A DNA stretch of 64,000 bases from assembly GCA_047495785.1 (NCBI GenBank), contig JBLDXI010000043.1:310001-374000 (forward strand). Reading direction: 5' to 3'. Under the pieces are notes generated by a model, which worked only from the letters and a program-made list of their open reading frames with translations, had not been told where the DNA came from and did no database searches. This stretch comes from Lepidodermella squamata. Lineage: Eukaryota; Animalia; Gastrotricha. Below, in pieces: positions 33,523-45,766 of the stretch (positions are counted from its first letter, which is position 1; each line of letters opens with the position of its first letter). The position numbers and the translations under genes are program-made.

Positions 33523-34863
33523 TTAAATAACTCGAGGTTTAACTTGAATGATTCTGTAAGCTTGGGACGCGTTGATATTTGGAACACTCGCAACAGTTGG
33601 GATTGTAGGAAGTTCATATGGCTGCACCGAGCAACCGAACCGGCTTTTAACGCTCGACCAGGCGGCTTTAATGTCCTTTGTCCAGCCAGGTTTAATCATT
33701 TGAACAAACGCGCCAACTATCATTTGAAGGCAGACGAAGTACATTCCTTGCTTGTGAAGCCAACTTGACGCAAATTTAGGACCGATTTCAGTGTAGAAAA
33801 TCTCGAAGATGAACGAAAACAAGCCGGGGATGTGAAACGAGCAGTATATGAAGAAAACAGCCAATGATTGCTGGGCGAAGAATACTTCACGAGCTCTCCA
33901 GTCTGCCAGTTTAACAGCCAAGATTTTCTGCATGCTTGCGTTCGTGGAATTAGTCCCAGCCGTTCCATTCGTCGAGCTACCCATCATCTGCTTCTTAGCA
34001 TTTCGAATGCACGCGAAGATTTTGTAGTAGTTGTTTGCCAGGAGCATTGCTGGAATGTATACCGCAATAGCGTAGTACATAAATAAGAGGAAACTTGAAT
34101 CAAGCCCGCCAGCAATGCGGTATTGAAAGGCAGTACAAAGCCAAACCGGGTTGCCGTCATTCACGCCCTCAACAGCTATCAGCTCCTTCCTCCAAACTTG
34201 AATGGGATGGACAGCCATGACAAACGAGACAATTACACAACAGAAGAAGAGGCCAACGACTAATCCAAGGAGTTTCTTAGTATTAGCTCGATAGTTTGGG
34301 CTGTTTGATAGGATACAGAGCCTGCGTTCGTACGATATGAGCATGTTCATGAAGGTCCCAAAAGCTCCGAGGATGAAAAGGACCCAGTGAACTCCGGTAC
34401 AGGTAGCATCGCTGGGTTCCCAATATCCGGTACCGAGAGTCATGAGAAGGCCAACTGTGTAGTCTCCAGCGAAGCCAATATTCCGGCAGCCTTCAATCGC
34501 GACCAACATGAGGAAATCTCGCTTTACGCCTCGCTTGTAATAGATCACGCAACTTGCAATTGTTGAAGCGATTACAGCGATGAATGTTACTAGGTACATC
34601 AATGTGTAGGACAGACGGCTTTCATAGGTGTCATATTCGAGATCGTGGTACCAGCCGATGAATTGAGGCCTGGCTTCGTCGTAGCCTAAACCCGGCAGGT
34701 AGACATTCACCCAGGCTCCATTGATTAGCTTAGCCAACGACCGATTCCCGTCACCTGAACGGCCCGATGACGTCAGATTTCTCAATGCACCAAACATTAG
34801 AGAAGATGTTTGGTTGGTTCGATTAGATCCAAAAAGGGCTTGAGTCCCATTAAAAGCATTCAT
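33523..34863 (-). CDS. Intronless orphan 7TM receptor (rhodopsin-like), array member 1
   Basis: Seven hydrophobic segments, N-glycosylated N-terminus, ISYERR (DRY-equivalent), TM3/ECL2 cysteines, TM6 FHIPG. Confidence 0.88.
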   Translation of the reverse strand: MNAFNGTQALFGSNRTNQTSSLMFGALRNLTSSGRSGDGNRSLAKLINGAWVNVYLPGLGYDEARPQFIGWYHDLEYDTYESRLSYTLMYLVTFIAVIASTIASCVIYYKRGVKRDFLMLVAIEGCRNIGFAGDYTVGLLMTLGTGYWEPSDATCTGVHWVLFILGAFGTFMNMLISYERRLCILSNSPNYRANTKKLLGLVVGLFFCCVIVSFVMAVHPIQVWRKELIAVEGVNDGNPVWLCTAFQYRIAGGLDSSFLLFMYYAIAVYIPAMLLANNYYKIFACIRNAKKQMMGSSTNGTAGTNSTNASMQKILAVKLADWRAREVFFAQQSLAVFFIYCSFHIPGLFSFIFEIFYTEIGPKFASSWLHKQGMYFVCLQMIVGAFVQMIKPGWTKDIKAAWSSVKSRFGCSVQPYELPTIPTVASVPNINASQAYRIIQVKPRVI

Positions 34864-35291
34864 CGTATAGTTTGATATAGGTGTAGACGTAACGATTTGT
34901 CCTGTAGATTCCCCTCACAACGCTGAGCTTATATAGATGGTTTTTAATCTAGTGAAAAGCGTTAAATTCACATCGTCTCATGTGATAACCGCGGATTAGT
35001 CTACATGAGCGGGGTCGGTGGCCTAAAATGCAGCGACACTTTATGTTGATTAAACATACTTTGCCTGGATTCCAGCAATCAAATATTAGGTGAGTTGATT
35101 ATGGAAGGAACTAGATTTTTTGATCGATTAATGAACTGGAGAGACTTGATACAGCGAGCGCAGCAGATTTTTCTGGAGAGAAATCGAATAAATCAGCTTA
35201 TATCATCTGGAATCTGGCAACATAGGGTTTTCGAGTTTCATACGCCTAAAATCTCAATTTGTTATCATGCCTGAACATCTTGCCTCTCTTC

Positions 35292-35485
35292 ATATCGTTA
35301 GCGTCGTTGAATAACTCGGATTTAGGCTTATTTACTTCAGTTTCAAGGCGACGGATGACAAGTAAATAGTGGTGTTTTTACGTGAATGAAGAGGAAAAAG
35401 CAAATGGCCTTTCACTTTCAACATTTTACCTTGAAACTGACGTAAACAAGGCTAAATCCGAGTTATTCAACGACGCTAACGATAT
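35292..35485. mobile_element. MITE (~195 bp, ~55-bp TIRs); related degenerate copies at ~55822-56008 and ~62388-62420
   Basis: ATATCGTTAGCGTCGTTGAATAACTCGGATTTAG is mirrored by CTAAATCCGAGTTATTCAACGACGCTAACGATAT. Confidence 0.8.
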
Positions 35486-37132
35486 TACGATCAATTTTTG
35501 CTATTTGCTACCAGATTTCGAAATAAGTACACAAATGCCTGTAGTGTGGATATCGATTCTGCGTATCGATTCAGAAATCAACAAACAATCCCACGCTTAA
35601 ATAAATGGGCTACAAAAGATAAAAAAATATAAAAAAAATAAAAATTGTGTGCTGGAAACTAATTTCCAGCTGTTAGATGTTAGACATCTAATGCTTGGTG
35701 TTTGGACGTGGAATAGGTATTCATGTCGGCATGCAAATCCAACGATCGGTCAGCCCATCATAAATACAGGCTGATCATACGTTGAACAGCGCGAGCATCG
35801 ATACGGATTATTCGACATTGGTTATGCGCCCAAGCGACTGGATGTAGGAATTCCCATTGCTCTAGGCTTAGAAGTGGTTAGTGTTGGTGAGTTGTGAGTG
35901 CGATTCGCGATCTGATAAAGCTGAAAAACCTCGCGTTTTCTATGCAGAAGTTGTTGAAATTTCGTCATAAATGCGTCAGTTAACCGTCTTAAAACACGTA
36001 TTAAACAGCAATGTCTGTATTTTCGAGACCATACCTTGAACCAAATTTTAGCAAAAACGAAATATGAGACATGGCCTTCCTTATACTTTGGCGATGGGTA
36101 TTTGACCTTGAGAACATGCATTTAAACTTCTACCGTTGATGTGATTAAGTGCAGATTCCACATATATTGACATGTTTTTAGGAATCAGGCTTGAGGTTTA
36201 AATTTTTGAATAAAATCATTGCGATGAAAACATAGGTAATTCATTAAATTAATGGCAAAGGTGGAACTGTATGGTGGATGTTGCACACGATGCCCGGTGA
36301 CCTCTTTAGAAAATATTATTTATTGAGGCTCCAGCTTTTGTAATTCTCCGCGCATCACCTCGCCAAGTACTTTTGTGCCTTTCTGGACATTTTCCTGCTG
36401 AATATTCAAATTGAAAGTTGGCACCACGGTTACTCCAAGTCTTGCATCAAACCTTCAGATACCCGTCAATACGTGGAGCGAACGTTTTTGAACTCATTAT
36501 TGCTTGCTCAATTACAGTTATCGCTATCATTAGCCGAAGAATCCATTTACAAGATGCGAGTTGCTGGCGCATTCCCACATAAACTTCTTTCTATTGGATT
36601 TTCTAGAACCTTCCATGTCCTTGGCACAGGTTATTAAATGAAACACTCGTATTTCAGTTGTAAACACTCTCAAGCTTGATTAGAGAAAGCGAAATATGTG
36701 CTTGATTTCGCAAAAGTGCTTTCAAAAAGAGTGGGAACTCGCGCCAAGAGAAGACAAAGCTATTTGAACTTAATTTATCGAATCTCAGACACCATAGAGC
36801 GGAGTAGGACCGAAAAAACTGGTAGGGATGGTCCCTACCATCCTTAGAGGTACTTCGCTCTCTGTCTGGAAGAGTGTCTGACAGACACTTTTCCACCATA
36901 ATATTTCGATAACTTCTTACCTCGAGCCCAACTACGTAGTTTGAAATGCTGGAGTCTTTCATTCAATTCAGGTATGGTGAATCAAAAGCGAAAAACACAA
37001 AATACTCAAACAGGCTTGACAATTTTGATAATAAAACCCGTTTATTCTTCAAACGTTTACAACAAAAACGATCTTCGATCGTTTCTTCAACATTTAATCT
37101 TCATATAACAACTATAAACTATAGCAGCTGAT

Positions 37133-38455
37133 TCAAACTATTGGTTTGACATTTACAATTTTGTAGGCTTCGGCAGCATCAGGTTTAGACGAAGTCGCTA
37201 CTTTCGGGAATGCCGTCATTGTTGGACTGACACTGATCGATCGGCCCTTCAAAGCTGACCAGATTCGCTTAATATCCTTCGTCCAGCCGGGCTTGATCAT
37301 CTGAACAAAAGCCCCAACAATCATTTGAAGGCAAACGAAATACATGCCGAGCTTATGAAGCCAACTCGAGGCGAATTTCGGTCCGACGTCGAAGTAGAAA
37401 ATCTCGAAGATGAACGAAAACAGGCCGGGAATGTGGAACGAGCAGTATATGAAGAAAACTGCCAGTGATTGCTTGGCAAAGAATACTTCCCGATCACGCC
37501 AATCTGCTAGCTTTGCAGCGAGAACCTTTTGCATACTAGCAGCAGTGTTCAAGGTTCCAAGGGTTCCAGTACCTCCCGAGGATCCACCCATCATCTGCTT
37601 CTTGGCGTTTCGAATGCAGGCGAAGATTTTGTAGTAGTTGTTGGCTAGGAGCATAGCTGGGATGTAGACCGCAATGGCGTAGTACATGAAAAGAAGAAAA
37701 CTCGAATCCAAATTGCCGGAGAGTCGATATTGGAAAGCGGTGCAGAGCCAGACAGGTTTACCATCGTTTACACCTTCAACTGCGATGAGTTCCTTGCGCC
37801 AGACTTGGACAGGGTAGACAGCCATTACGAATGAAACAATTACACAGGCGAAGAATAGGCCAACTACCATACTTAGGAGTTTCTTAGTGTTGGCTCGGTA
37901 GTTAGGGCTGTTTGATAGGATACAGAGCCGACGTTCGTATGAGATTAGCATGTTCATAAAGGTTCCAAAAGCTCCGAGGATGAACAAGACCCAGTGAACC
38001 CCGGTACAGGTTGCGTCGCTTGGTTCCCAATATCCAGTTCCCAGTGTCATAAGTAGTCCAACCGTGTAGTCCCCAGCAAATCCAATATTTCGACAGCCTT
38101 CAATTGCGACCAGCATGAGGAAATCGCGTTTCACGTTCCGCTTGTAATATATGACGCAGCTTGCGATTGTTGAAGCGATGACAACGAGGAAAGTGATCAA
38201 GTACATCAGAGTGTAGGAGAGTCGGCTTTCATACGTTGAATACTCCAAGTTGTGGTACCACCCAATGAATTGTGGGCGTGCTTCATCGTAGCCCAGTCCA
38301 GGTAAGTAGACATTGATCCAAGCTCCATTGATCAGCGTAGCCATCGAGCGATTGTCTTGACTTGTTTGATTAACTGTGGTCAGGTTTCTCAGGGCAGTGA
38401 ACATTGTCGAAATCGAGCTATTTGTGCGGTTAGAAAGCATACTTGTTGCTGACAT
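37133..38455 (-). CDS. Intronless orphan 7TM receptor, array member 2
   Basis: Very close paralog of 33523-34863. Confidence 0.88.
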   Translation of the reverse strand: MSATSMLSNRTNSSISTMFTALRNLTTVNQTSQDNRSMATLINGAWINVYLPGLGYDEARPQFIGWYHNLEYSTYESRLSYTLMYLITFLVVIASTIASCVIYYKRNVKRDFLMLVAIEGCRNIGFAGDYTVGLLMTLGTGYWEPSDATCTGVHWVLFILGAFGTFMNMLISYERRLCILSNSPNYRANTKKLLSMVVGLFFACVIVSFVMAVYPVQVWRKELIAVEGVNDGKPVWLCTAFQYRLSGNLDSSFLLFMYYAIAVYIPAMLLANNYYKIFACIRNAKKQMMGGSSGGTGTLGTLNTAASMQKVLAAKLADWRDREVFFAKQSLAVFFIYCSFHIPGLFSFIFEIFYFDVGPKFASSWLHKLGMYFVCLQMIVGAFVQMIKPGWTKDIKRIWSALKGRSISVSPTMTAFPKVATSSKPDAAEAYKIVNVKPIV

Positions 38456-38966
38456 GCTGAGGTTAGATGCTTGAAGTTCCGTTGAATAATGCCCGCTGGA
38501 CTGCTGTATTTATAAGCGACTTTTCATTAGGCTGAGTAAGTCTTTCTGCTAGCGAGGGCGATTTTTGTTTAATCAGTGTTATAGCAGTCTCTATTTGCGA
38601 GGCCAACACCCTTGAATACAAGGACATTCCAAATGCTTCTACAAACAGTTCTATTCGGAACGCCAACGGGCGAATGGGATAAGCTTTGAACTCGTGTTCA
38701 AAGACTTGTCTACTGCTTTAGAGTTAGAAATTGCGGTGACATATCACTTTAGGTAATCAGTAACAGAAACGCTATGGCGGGGGAAAGTCCAAAGCTGGGT
38801 CTATGTCTTATTCAAATTTGCTTATTTTATTCGAGTTCTTCCGTAGCGTCATCATCCTCTAGCTATAATCATCAGTTCAAATAAACACAGTATAAACAGT
38901 GCAACCGCGTTTACCAGCTTATTAGCCGCTGAGGAAACCTGGGCTGTTGGCAGTTGGCTGTTCCAG

Positions 38967-40127
38967 TCAAATTGGCGCTACTTTCGCTGACTTGTTAACT
39001 GACGCGAATCTTCCACGAAACCATCTTGGCAGACGTTTGGTCCAGCCAGGCTTTGTCATTTGCACACAATCAGCTAGTGCCATCTCAAGAATCAGTAGAT
39101 ACATTCCCATCTTACGCAACGAAGCCGGAACAACGCTCGGTCCGATAGTTGCGTAAAAGCTCTCCAAGATGTACGTAATCAAAGCTGGTATGTGAAACGT
39201 GACGTAGATAAAGAAAACAGCCACAGCTTGTTTCGCGAAGAATAACTCGCGAGCCCGCCTATATGCTGATTTCCGTGCAAGAGCTTTTAGCTCAGTTGGC
39301 GATGTGTCCCTGCGTTTATCAGCTGTCACTTCAACACTTTGCTTCTTCGAGTTTCGTATATAAGCGAAGATTTTGTAGTAATTGACACCGAGAATTATTG
39401 CTGGGATGTAGACGGTCACTGAGTAATACATCAACAGCAGAAAACCAGAGTCGAAATCGCCGATGAGCCGGTATTCAAAGGGTGCGCAGATCGAAATCTT
39501 ACACTCATCACGAAAGGTAACGACTTCGCGTCTCCAGACTTTGTAAGGCCAAAGAGCTGTAAAATACGATGCTAAAGCGCACCCTAGAAAAAGGCCGATG
39601 ACTAATACTAAGAGTTTTTTCGTATTAGCCTTATATTTAGGGCTGTTTGACAGAATGCAGAGACGGCGTTCGTAAGAAATTATCATTTTCAACACGTTTC
39701 CGAAAGCCCCTGTCGAGTAAAGCAGCCAAAACACGCTTTCACAAGTCCACTCTGCTGAATCCCAGGATCCAGTACCAAGGGTGACTAGAAGGCCTGCAGT
39801 GTAATCACCTGCGAAAAATAAATTCCTCAGCCCTTCAATAGCGACTAGCATAAGAAAGTCTCGTTTCGCGCCGCGCTTGTAGTAGATGACATAGCTTGTT
39901 ATAGTAGTAACTATCACCACTAGGAAGGTGATTAGACATAGCAGGACAAATGATAGGCGACTCTCGTAGGTTTCGAGATCTAGATCGTGGAACCAGCCGA
40001 TGGACTGAGGTCTGGCTTGGTCGTAGCCTGAACCTAGCAGGTAAACATTAATCCAGCCACCGTTTATCAGCTCAGCAAACACAACCGATGTGTTAAGCAG
40101 CTGGTTTTTCTCAAGCGTAGAGTTCAT
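38967..40127 (-). CDS. Intronless orphan 7TM receptor, array member 3
   Basis: Same family motifs (LINGGW..GYDQARPQ.IGWFHDL, ISYERRLCILSNSP, FHIP, KPGW). Confidence 0.88.
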   Translation of the reverse strand: MNSTLEKNQLLNTSVVFAELINGGWINVYLLGSGYDQARPQSIGWFHDLDLETYESRLSFVLLCLITFLVVIVTTITSYVIYYKRGAKRDFLMLVAIEGLRNLFFAGDYTAGLLVTLGTGSWDSAEWTCESVFWLLYSTGAFGNVLKMIISYERRLCILSNSPKYKANTKKLLVLVIGLFLGCALASYFTALWPYKVWRREVVTFRDECKISICAPFEYRLIGDFDSGFLLLMYYSVTVYIPAIILGVNYYKIFAYIRNSKKQSVEVTADKRRDTSPTELKALARKSAYRRARELFFAKQAVAVFFIYVTFHIPALITYILESFYATIGPSVVPASLRKMGMYLLILEMALADCVQMTKPGWTKRLPRWFRGRFASVNKSAKVAPI

Positions 40128-41249
40128 TTTGAATATGTCGAAAATCGGATGAGAACGTCTTATTAACCCGCCTTGCGAACGTAGGTTGTGGGGTGCGTGC
40201 TGATCGATAAAATTTCTGTGTTAGAATGATGCATTAAGAAACCAAAATTCTGTAATCATAGGACGCTAACAACCTCGACGTTCCTCTAAGACAGATCATA
40301 CGTCACCGCGTTTCGCCAACAATTAGCTTATTTTCATGTGCCCACCCCTCCTACTGAATCAGCTAATAAACAAGATGACCACGTCAACAAAAATTTTTCA
40401 CTAGAATCGAACATTTCTATTCCCAACATAAATTTACCTATTTTTCCATGTTTTATCGCACCCTTTGAATGATAATTTGAATCAGTACTGTATGCTTTAT
40501 TTTGAAGTCAAAATAATACCCCATAAGAAATGATATCAGTAATGAAAAGTCAGTCGCTTTATCTCCTTTCAAAAATGCAATGCTGCTGCGTATTTATTAT
40601 ACGGCGAAATAACATCGAGGAGTACTGTTCACTAACCTAACAGCTGGCATTCAAACTGAGAAGCAAGAAAATGGAGGATACAAATAACGCATCAGGTAAA
40701 GCTTATTTGACGAAGCAAAGCCACTTCGGGATAGAAGTTTCGCGAGCTAGTGTGATTTTAATCCTCAACCGCCTTTTGGTACGCTGTTATTCTCTAGGTT
40801 TGATGTTTGCTTGATTACTCTGTAAAATCTCCAGTTTACCAGCTTCTATAATATCTTCGCTCTTCGTAAAAGATTCAAATTGATTTGACTCAATAAGAAT
40901 ATTGTTTCCCAAGCGCCGGGTTTAAAATCTGAAGGCTAAAAAGAAGGCTAAGAACTTTCTGGAACTTTTTGAAGATTTAGCTTCATTTGAAATGTCGTTA
41001 GCTACAAGTTCAAGTTAAACTTCAACAAAAAACCTTTTAAGCTGTTTATATGAACTGGTAACACGTATTTCATAATTGCATGAACACGACCCACGGTATA
41101 GCGCCATAAGAAACAATGGTATAAAAACCGAATGACATCTTCAACGTGGGCATTGCACTGTCTACTTAGGTAACACCCTGTGGGGGCATTAGGTTGTAGC
41201 TCATTCATTTTGTAAAATTTCTTTCATAATACGCGCGCGCCGCTATCAA

Positions 41250-42186
41250 ATGCTGCTTAAATTCGCTATTGTAGCTGCTGTTTCTTATTATCAATTTGTA
41301 GAATCCTGCCCGCACAATAGCCATGGCTATTTAGCCTCGAACAACACTAACAACAATGGCGACATTGTGACCACAAGTGATATCTTGACATTCTACGAAA
41401 CTGGCTCGAAAAACTCGACGAAGGCTGTCATTATCGCCTCTGACATTTACGGCTGGAATAGTGGTCGTAACAGGCAAATCGCCGATCATCTCGCCTCAGG
41501 GGGATTCTACGTCATGATTCCCAAGCTTCTTCAGCCATCTTTCGATGAGGGAACGGACGGCGATGGTCTACCAGCAGTTATAAGTCCAAGCAGAATGGCT
41601 GAGCGAGCAGCTTACATGAAGAAGATCGCGTGGGAAGGCATTGTGAAACCCCGAGTTCAAGAGGCTGTCGACCGGGTGAAGTCTTTCGGAATCACAAAAA
41701 TCGGGATGATAGGCTTCTGCTGGGGTGGTTGGGTCATCATGAAGGCTGGAGCGGATCTCGGCTCAGATTTGACCAGCGTCGTGACCGCTCATCCATCTTT
41801 CAGTGGGGAGCAGAACAATTTCGGCCGGAATATCACTGAAATGATAGAGAAAGTGAAAATTCCCGCCCTTTGGCTGCCGGCGGGCAACGATCCGGCTGAT
41901 TTGTTGGAGAGTGGCGCTTGGTTTCAAGTTCTGAAAAAGAACAGCCCGTCATCTAAGGTTATACCTTTCCCGCGAATGTCTCACGGCTGGGTGCCAAGGG
42001 GTGACATCACTAATCCAACGATTAAGGAAGACGTGGAAAAGGCGGTTAATGACATCACCGATTTTTTCAACGAGAACATGGCAGATACCGATCATACGCA
42101 TACACCCTCAAGTAATTTTAACTATATATATATATTCTGAAATATCTCTAATATTATTTTTCCCAGCAACTGTCGAGGAGAAGTAA
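41250..42186 (+). CDS. Secreted dienelactone hydrolase / CMBL-like alpha-beta hydrolase (probable intron 42112-42166)
   Basis: Signal peptide MLLKFAIVAAVSYYQFVES; DIYGW..RQIADHLA; nucleophile elbow GFCWGG; AHPS; AGND; HGWVPRGD (Cys-Asp-His triad). Confidence 0.88.
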
Positions 42187-42519
42187 CAAATCCAAGGCGG
42201 CGATGTCATACATAATTCACAGGCGAAGAATTATTTTGTGATGTGGCTGCTTGGCTTTGAATTTGTTGCGACAGAAACACTTTGTCATAACCATCATTTA
42301 CCGTTTAACTGAGTTAACTATGATGCGAATAAATCAGAGGCGGGTCCAAAACCTTAAAACCTTATTTATCAATGACAGAATTTCGTCAATCTTCTGAAAT
42401 CCTTCGATCGTCAATTTTGCCAGTATTGCGGGTCTCTGTCTGTAAAAACATGTTCTTCCTTGAAATTATTCCAAGCTAACAGATAATCGAAGGTTTGCTG
42501 TTTAAGGGTTGCATTAAAA

Positions 42520-43677
42520 TCAATTGGATGGTGAAACTACGTACTTGGACAGTAATATGCGGCATCTTTTCAGACAGCCAGGTTTCGACATATGAACAAC
42601 GCAGCCAACAATAGCCTGTAGGCAAACAAAGTACATTCCCATTTTATGTAGCCAGGCTGAAGCGAATCTCGGCCCGAAATCAACAAAGAACAGCTCGAAG
42701 AGAAACGCAAAAAACCCAGGGATATGAAAAGTTGAAAAGAAAACGAAGGCGATAATAGCTTGTTTAGCAAAAAACAGCTCCCGTGTCCTCCAGTCCGCTG
42801 CTAATTTTTCAGCGCGGGTCCTCGATGCCAAATTGGTGCCACTTGTCCCGCCAGAGCCCAACAACATCTGTTTCCTCGCATTTCGAATGCAAGCGAAAAT
42901 CTTGTAGTAGTTATAAGCCAGGAAGGACGCTGGGAAGATGACAGAAGTCGTGTAGTACATGAAGAGAAGAAAGCTGGAGTCTAAATCCCCGATGAGCCGA
43001 AACTGGTAGTTGCCGCATATCAACACTGGCTGGCCATTATTAATGCCATCAATAACCATCCACTTCGCAGTCCAAACTGGAATAGGCCAAACCGCCATGA
43101 GAATTGAACAAAAGAGGCATGTGGCAAAGAAGAAGACTACCCAGGCCAGTAGTCGCTTTGTATTAGCCTTGTAGTTGGGGCTGTTCGACAGAATGCATAG
43201 ACGGCGCTCGTAAGAAATCAAAGCATTCATGCAAGTGCCAAAAGCTCCAAGGATAAAAATTATGAGTTGACTCACTGTACAGCCATAAGCATCTGTGTCC
43301 CAGTATCCTGTCCTGAGGGTTAGAAACAGACCGAAGGTGTAGTCGAGGCAGAAGAGGACATTTCGTGCCCCATCAATCGCGACCAGCATTAAGAAGTCCA
43401 TTTTCACGCTTCGCTTGTACAAATCGAGACAACTTGCGATTGTTGTAGCTGTTAAAATTACGAAGGTCACTAGGTACAGTAAAGTGTATGACAGACGGCT
43501 TTCGAGTGTTTTGCTTTCGAGATCATGGTACCAGCCGATAAACTGTGGCCTAGGTCCCTCGTAGCCCAAACCTGGTAGGTCGACTTTCACCCATCCTCCA
43601 CTGATTAGCACTGCTTTGGGAATGAAGCTGTTAACGGAGTAATTGCTCGAGCTTATTTGAAAAAACGTAGTGTTCAT
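42520..43677 (-). CDS. Intronless orphan 7TM receptor, array member 4
   Basis: Same family motifs. Confidence 0.88.
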   Translation of the reverse strand: MNTTFFQISSSNYSVNSFIPKAVLISGGWVKVDLPGLGYEGPRPQFIGWYHDLESKTLESRLSYTLLYLVTFVILTATTIASCLDLYKRSVKMDFLMLVAIDGARNVLFCLDYTFGLFLTLRTGYWDTDAYGCTVSQLIIFILGAFGTCMNALISYERRLCILSNSPNYKANTKRLLAWVVFFFATCLFCSILMAVWPIPVWTAKWMVIDGINNGQPVLICGNYQFRLIGDLDSSFLLFMYYTTSVIFPASFLAYNYYKIFACIRNARKQMLLGSGGTSGTNLASRTRAEKLAADWRTRELFFAKQAIIAFVFFSTFHIPGFFAFLFELFFVDFGPRFASAWLHKMGMYFVCLQAIVGCVVHMSKPGCLKRCRILLSKYVVSPSN

Positions 43678-44419
43678 TGCCGATTATTCACGAGCTTGAA
43701 ATTCGTGTAGTAAGATCTTTGTATGTGAAATAAGCAACAGCAATTACAATCGCAAGGATGTCGAGAGCAGGAAAAAGAAAATGTTTAGGTTCAGCAGTTT
43801 CCTAACTTGACGGCGCATCTACGATTCCACCCACGGCGAAATTTAAGAGCTAGGCAAGGCAGGTTGCGCCTGTGAATAATACGTTAGCCTTTCATCATAG
43901 GAGTAAAATTTCACCTTAAATTTCGTGCCAAGCAAGCTCGCTCGCAGGTCTTCTTTTTATAATATTAAAATCTAGAATTCTCTGAACCTTATGCAACTAT
44001 CTATAAGGAGCCAAGCAGGCTGTTAGAAAACGACTCATGAAATGGAAAACGAAAAATGTTTTTGTCGCCAATCAATTTCGAGAAAACACTCAGCGTAAGC
44101 TCGACCTGCACCAGCCGCCTCGCTCCACCTGTCCGATGTCATACCTGACTATTCTGCACCCTCGACCGCTCTCGCCGACGGGTTGCTGAATCTCACTCTG
44201 TGGCTCTGATTTACTCAGCGTTAGCTCGAGCTTTAAAATCTTATGCCCACAGACCATGACCTTCAGCATGGTGCCGTAATTCGTCTACCCGATCCGCAGC
44301 AATTCAGTGTAATGGTGCTTTCCCAAATGCGTCCGACGTTGAAAACTTCGGCTAGCGAAACGAAAAAACGAAAACGAAAAGCTTTTTATTTTGTCCTTTT
44401 TTCCAGATAATGTACAATT

Positions 44420-45060
44420 TGGATGTTAAGAAAAAAGGCGCAGGCACAGCACGAAAAGGCGATTGTCCGGGACAGTGCGCCACTCATAACACCGGACGGG
44501 CACATACTGAAATTATCACAAGGAGCGGAATTATCAGACACAGCAGAAGACAGAAGGCTAGTGATTAGTGGTAGGACAGCAGAGACGGAAGGTAGAGGAC
44601 GGGAGAAGAAGAAACAAGGAAATAAGCAGGAAGGGGAAGAAGAAATAGGAGAGAGACTAACATTGTGGGACAGGGAGCCGTGCGGCAGGCGAGCGTTGAG
44701 AAGGAAGACAGGTGACTTCACAGGCGGCGACGCGGAAAGCCGAATATTCTCGATGTCTTCGCGAAGCGGCAGCACAAAGCGGACGACGTTGTCGGCATAG
44801 CGGCACTGGACGGCTTGTAAGTGCGAGGACAGACTGGGCAGGCGACAGCGCTGCTCCAGCGCACTAACACGAACACGATCATCGAGACGGACATGGAAAA
44901 TGGCGCGCAGACAGTTATTCTTAAGCACGTCTAGGCGGCGGAGCTGCGTCTTCGCAGCAGACGCAAAGGAAACGAAGCCGAAGGTGGCGATGGAACGGAC
45001 GAGCGCCAAATAGGCGGTGCGGCGCCATCGGAAAGACAGCCCTGGCCAGCAATTGCTAAC
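44420..45060 (-). mobile_element. Non-LTR retrotransposon (LINE) 3' fragment: RT thumb/C-terminal region and 3' UTR
   Basis: AYLALVRSIATFG..ASAAKTQLRRLDVLKNNCLRAIF..RV..L...C.LPSL resembles the post-RT region of Jockey/I-like LINEs. GC content is elevated. Confidence 0.65.
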
Positions 45061-45099
45061 CTGAAGCCTTTTAGAGCCCCTGGAATCGATGGTGACGGC

Positions 45100-45363
45100 A
45101 ACGTCTTTTATAAGTGGGGTGGTGTGCCTCTACAGACTCACAACTCACCTCGATCTCGCCATCTTCTACGGGAAAATCAGTATGCTTTCGTGAGCATCGC
45201 TCGTTGGCCGACGTTCCAGTTCGTCTCGCCCAGCGCGTGTATCAGCCCCGCCATATTCCGCTCTATTGCGACCTTCGGGGCTGTTGTTTTCGCCTCTGCC
45301 GCCAAGACGCAGCTTCGCCGTCTGAAAGTACTTCAGATCAACTGCCTTCGAGCTCCCATGTGA
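45100..45363 (+). mobile_element. Second, diverged LINE fragment, inverted relative to the first
   Basis: RSIATFGAVVFASAAKTQLRRLKVLQINCLRA is the same motif on the opposite strand. Confidence 0.65.
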
Positions 45364-45766
45364 TTCTCGTCAGCTGTGTCTGTTACCCTCTCTGTCTTTA
45401 CCCTCTCTGCCTATTATTATTGATTTTGATTTTGCTTTGATTGTTAGATTTATGTTGGCTGCCTTTGAATGATTGATAGAGAGGGACAATGGACAATGAA
45501 AACATTTTTATTTCGTTCGCTATCTCGCATTGAGCATCATAGGCTAATCCTGCTCCAAGCCAACTATTCGATCGAATTCGAGAAGATTTAGGACCTGAAT
45601 GATTGAGAATGGCAGCATTTCTGCTTGAACTCGAGATGTCAAGGAAGCGCGAATGAGTGATTAGCAAAAATGTCCGCGTTATGACATTGAAGTTATTTCG
45701 GTAGCATTTTTCCTTTTTCCCACGATTTATTTAAAAGCCTGAACAACGGAATGAATAAGCAACTTC

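Noticed and set aside
35822-36962. 99-aa and 102-aa ORFs between GPCR genes
   Set aside because: No domain similarity or convincing splice structure seen.
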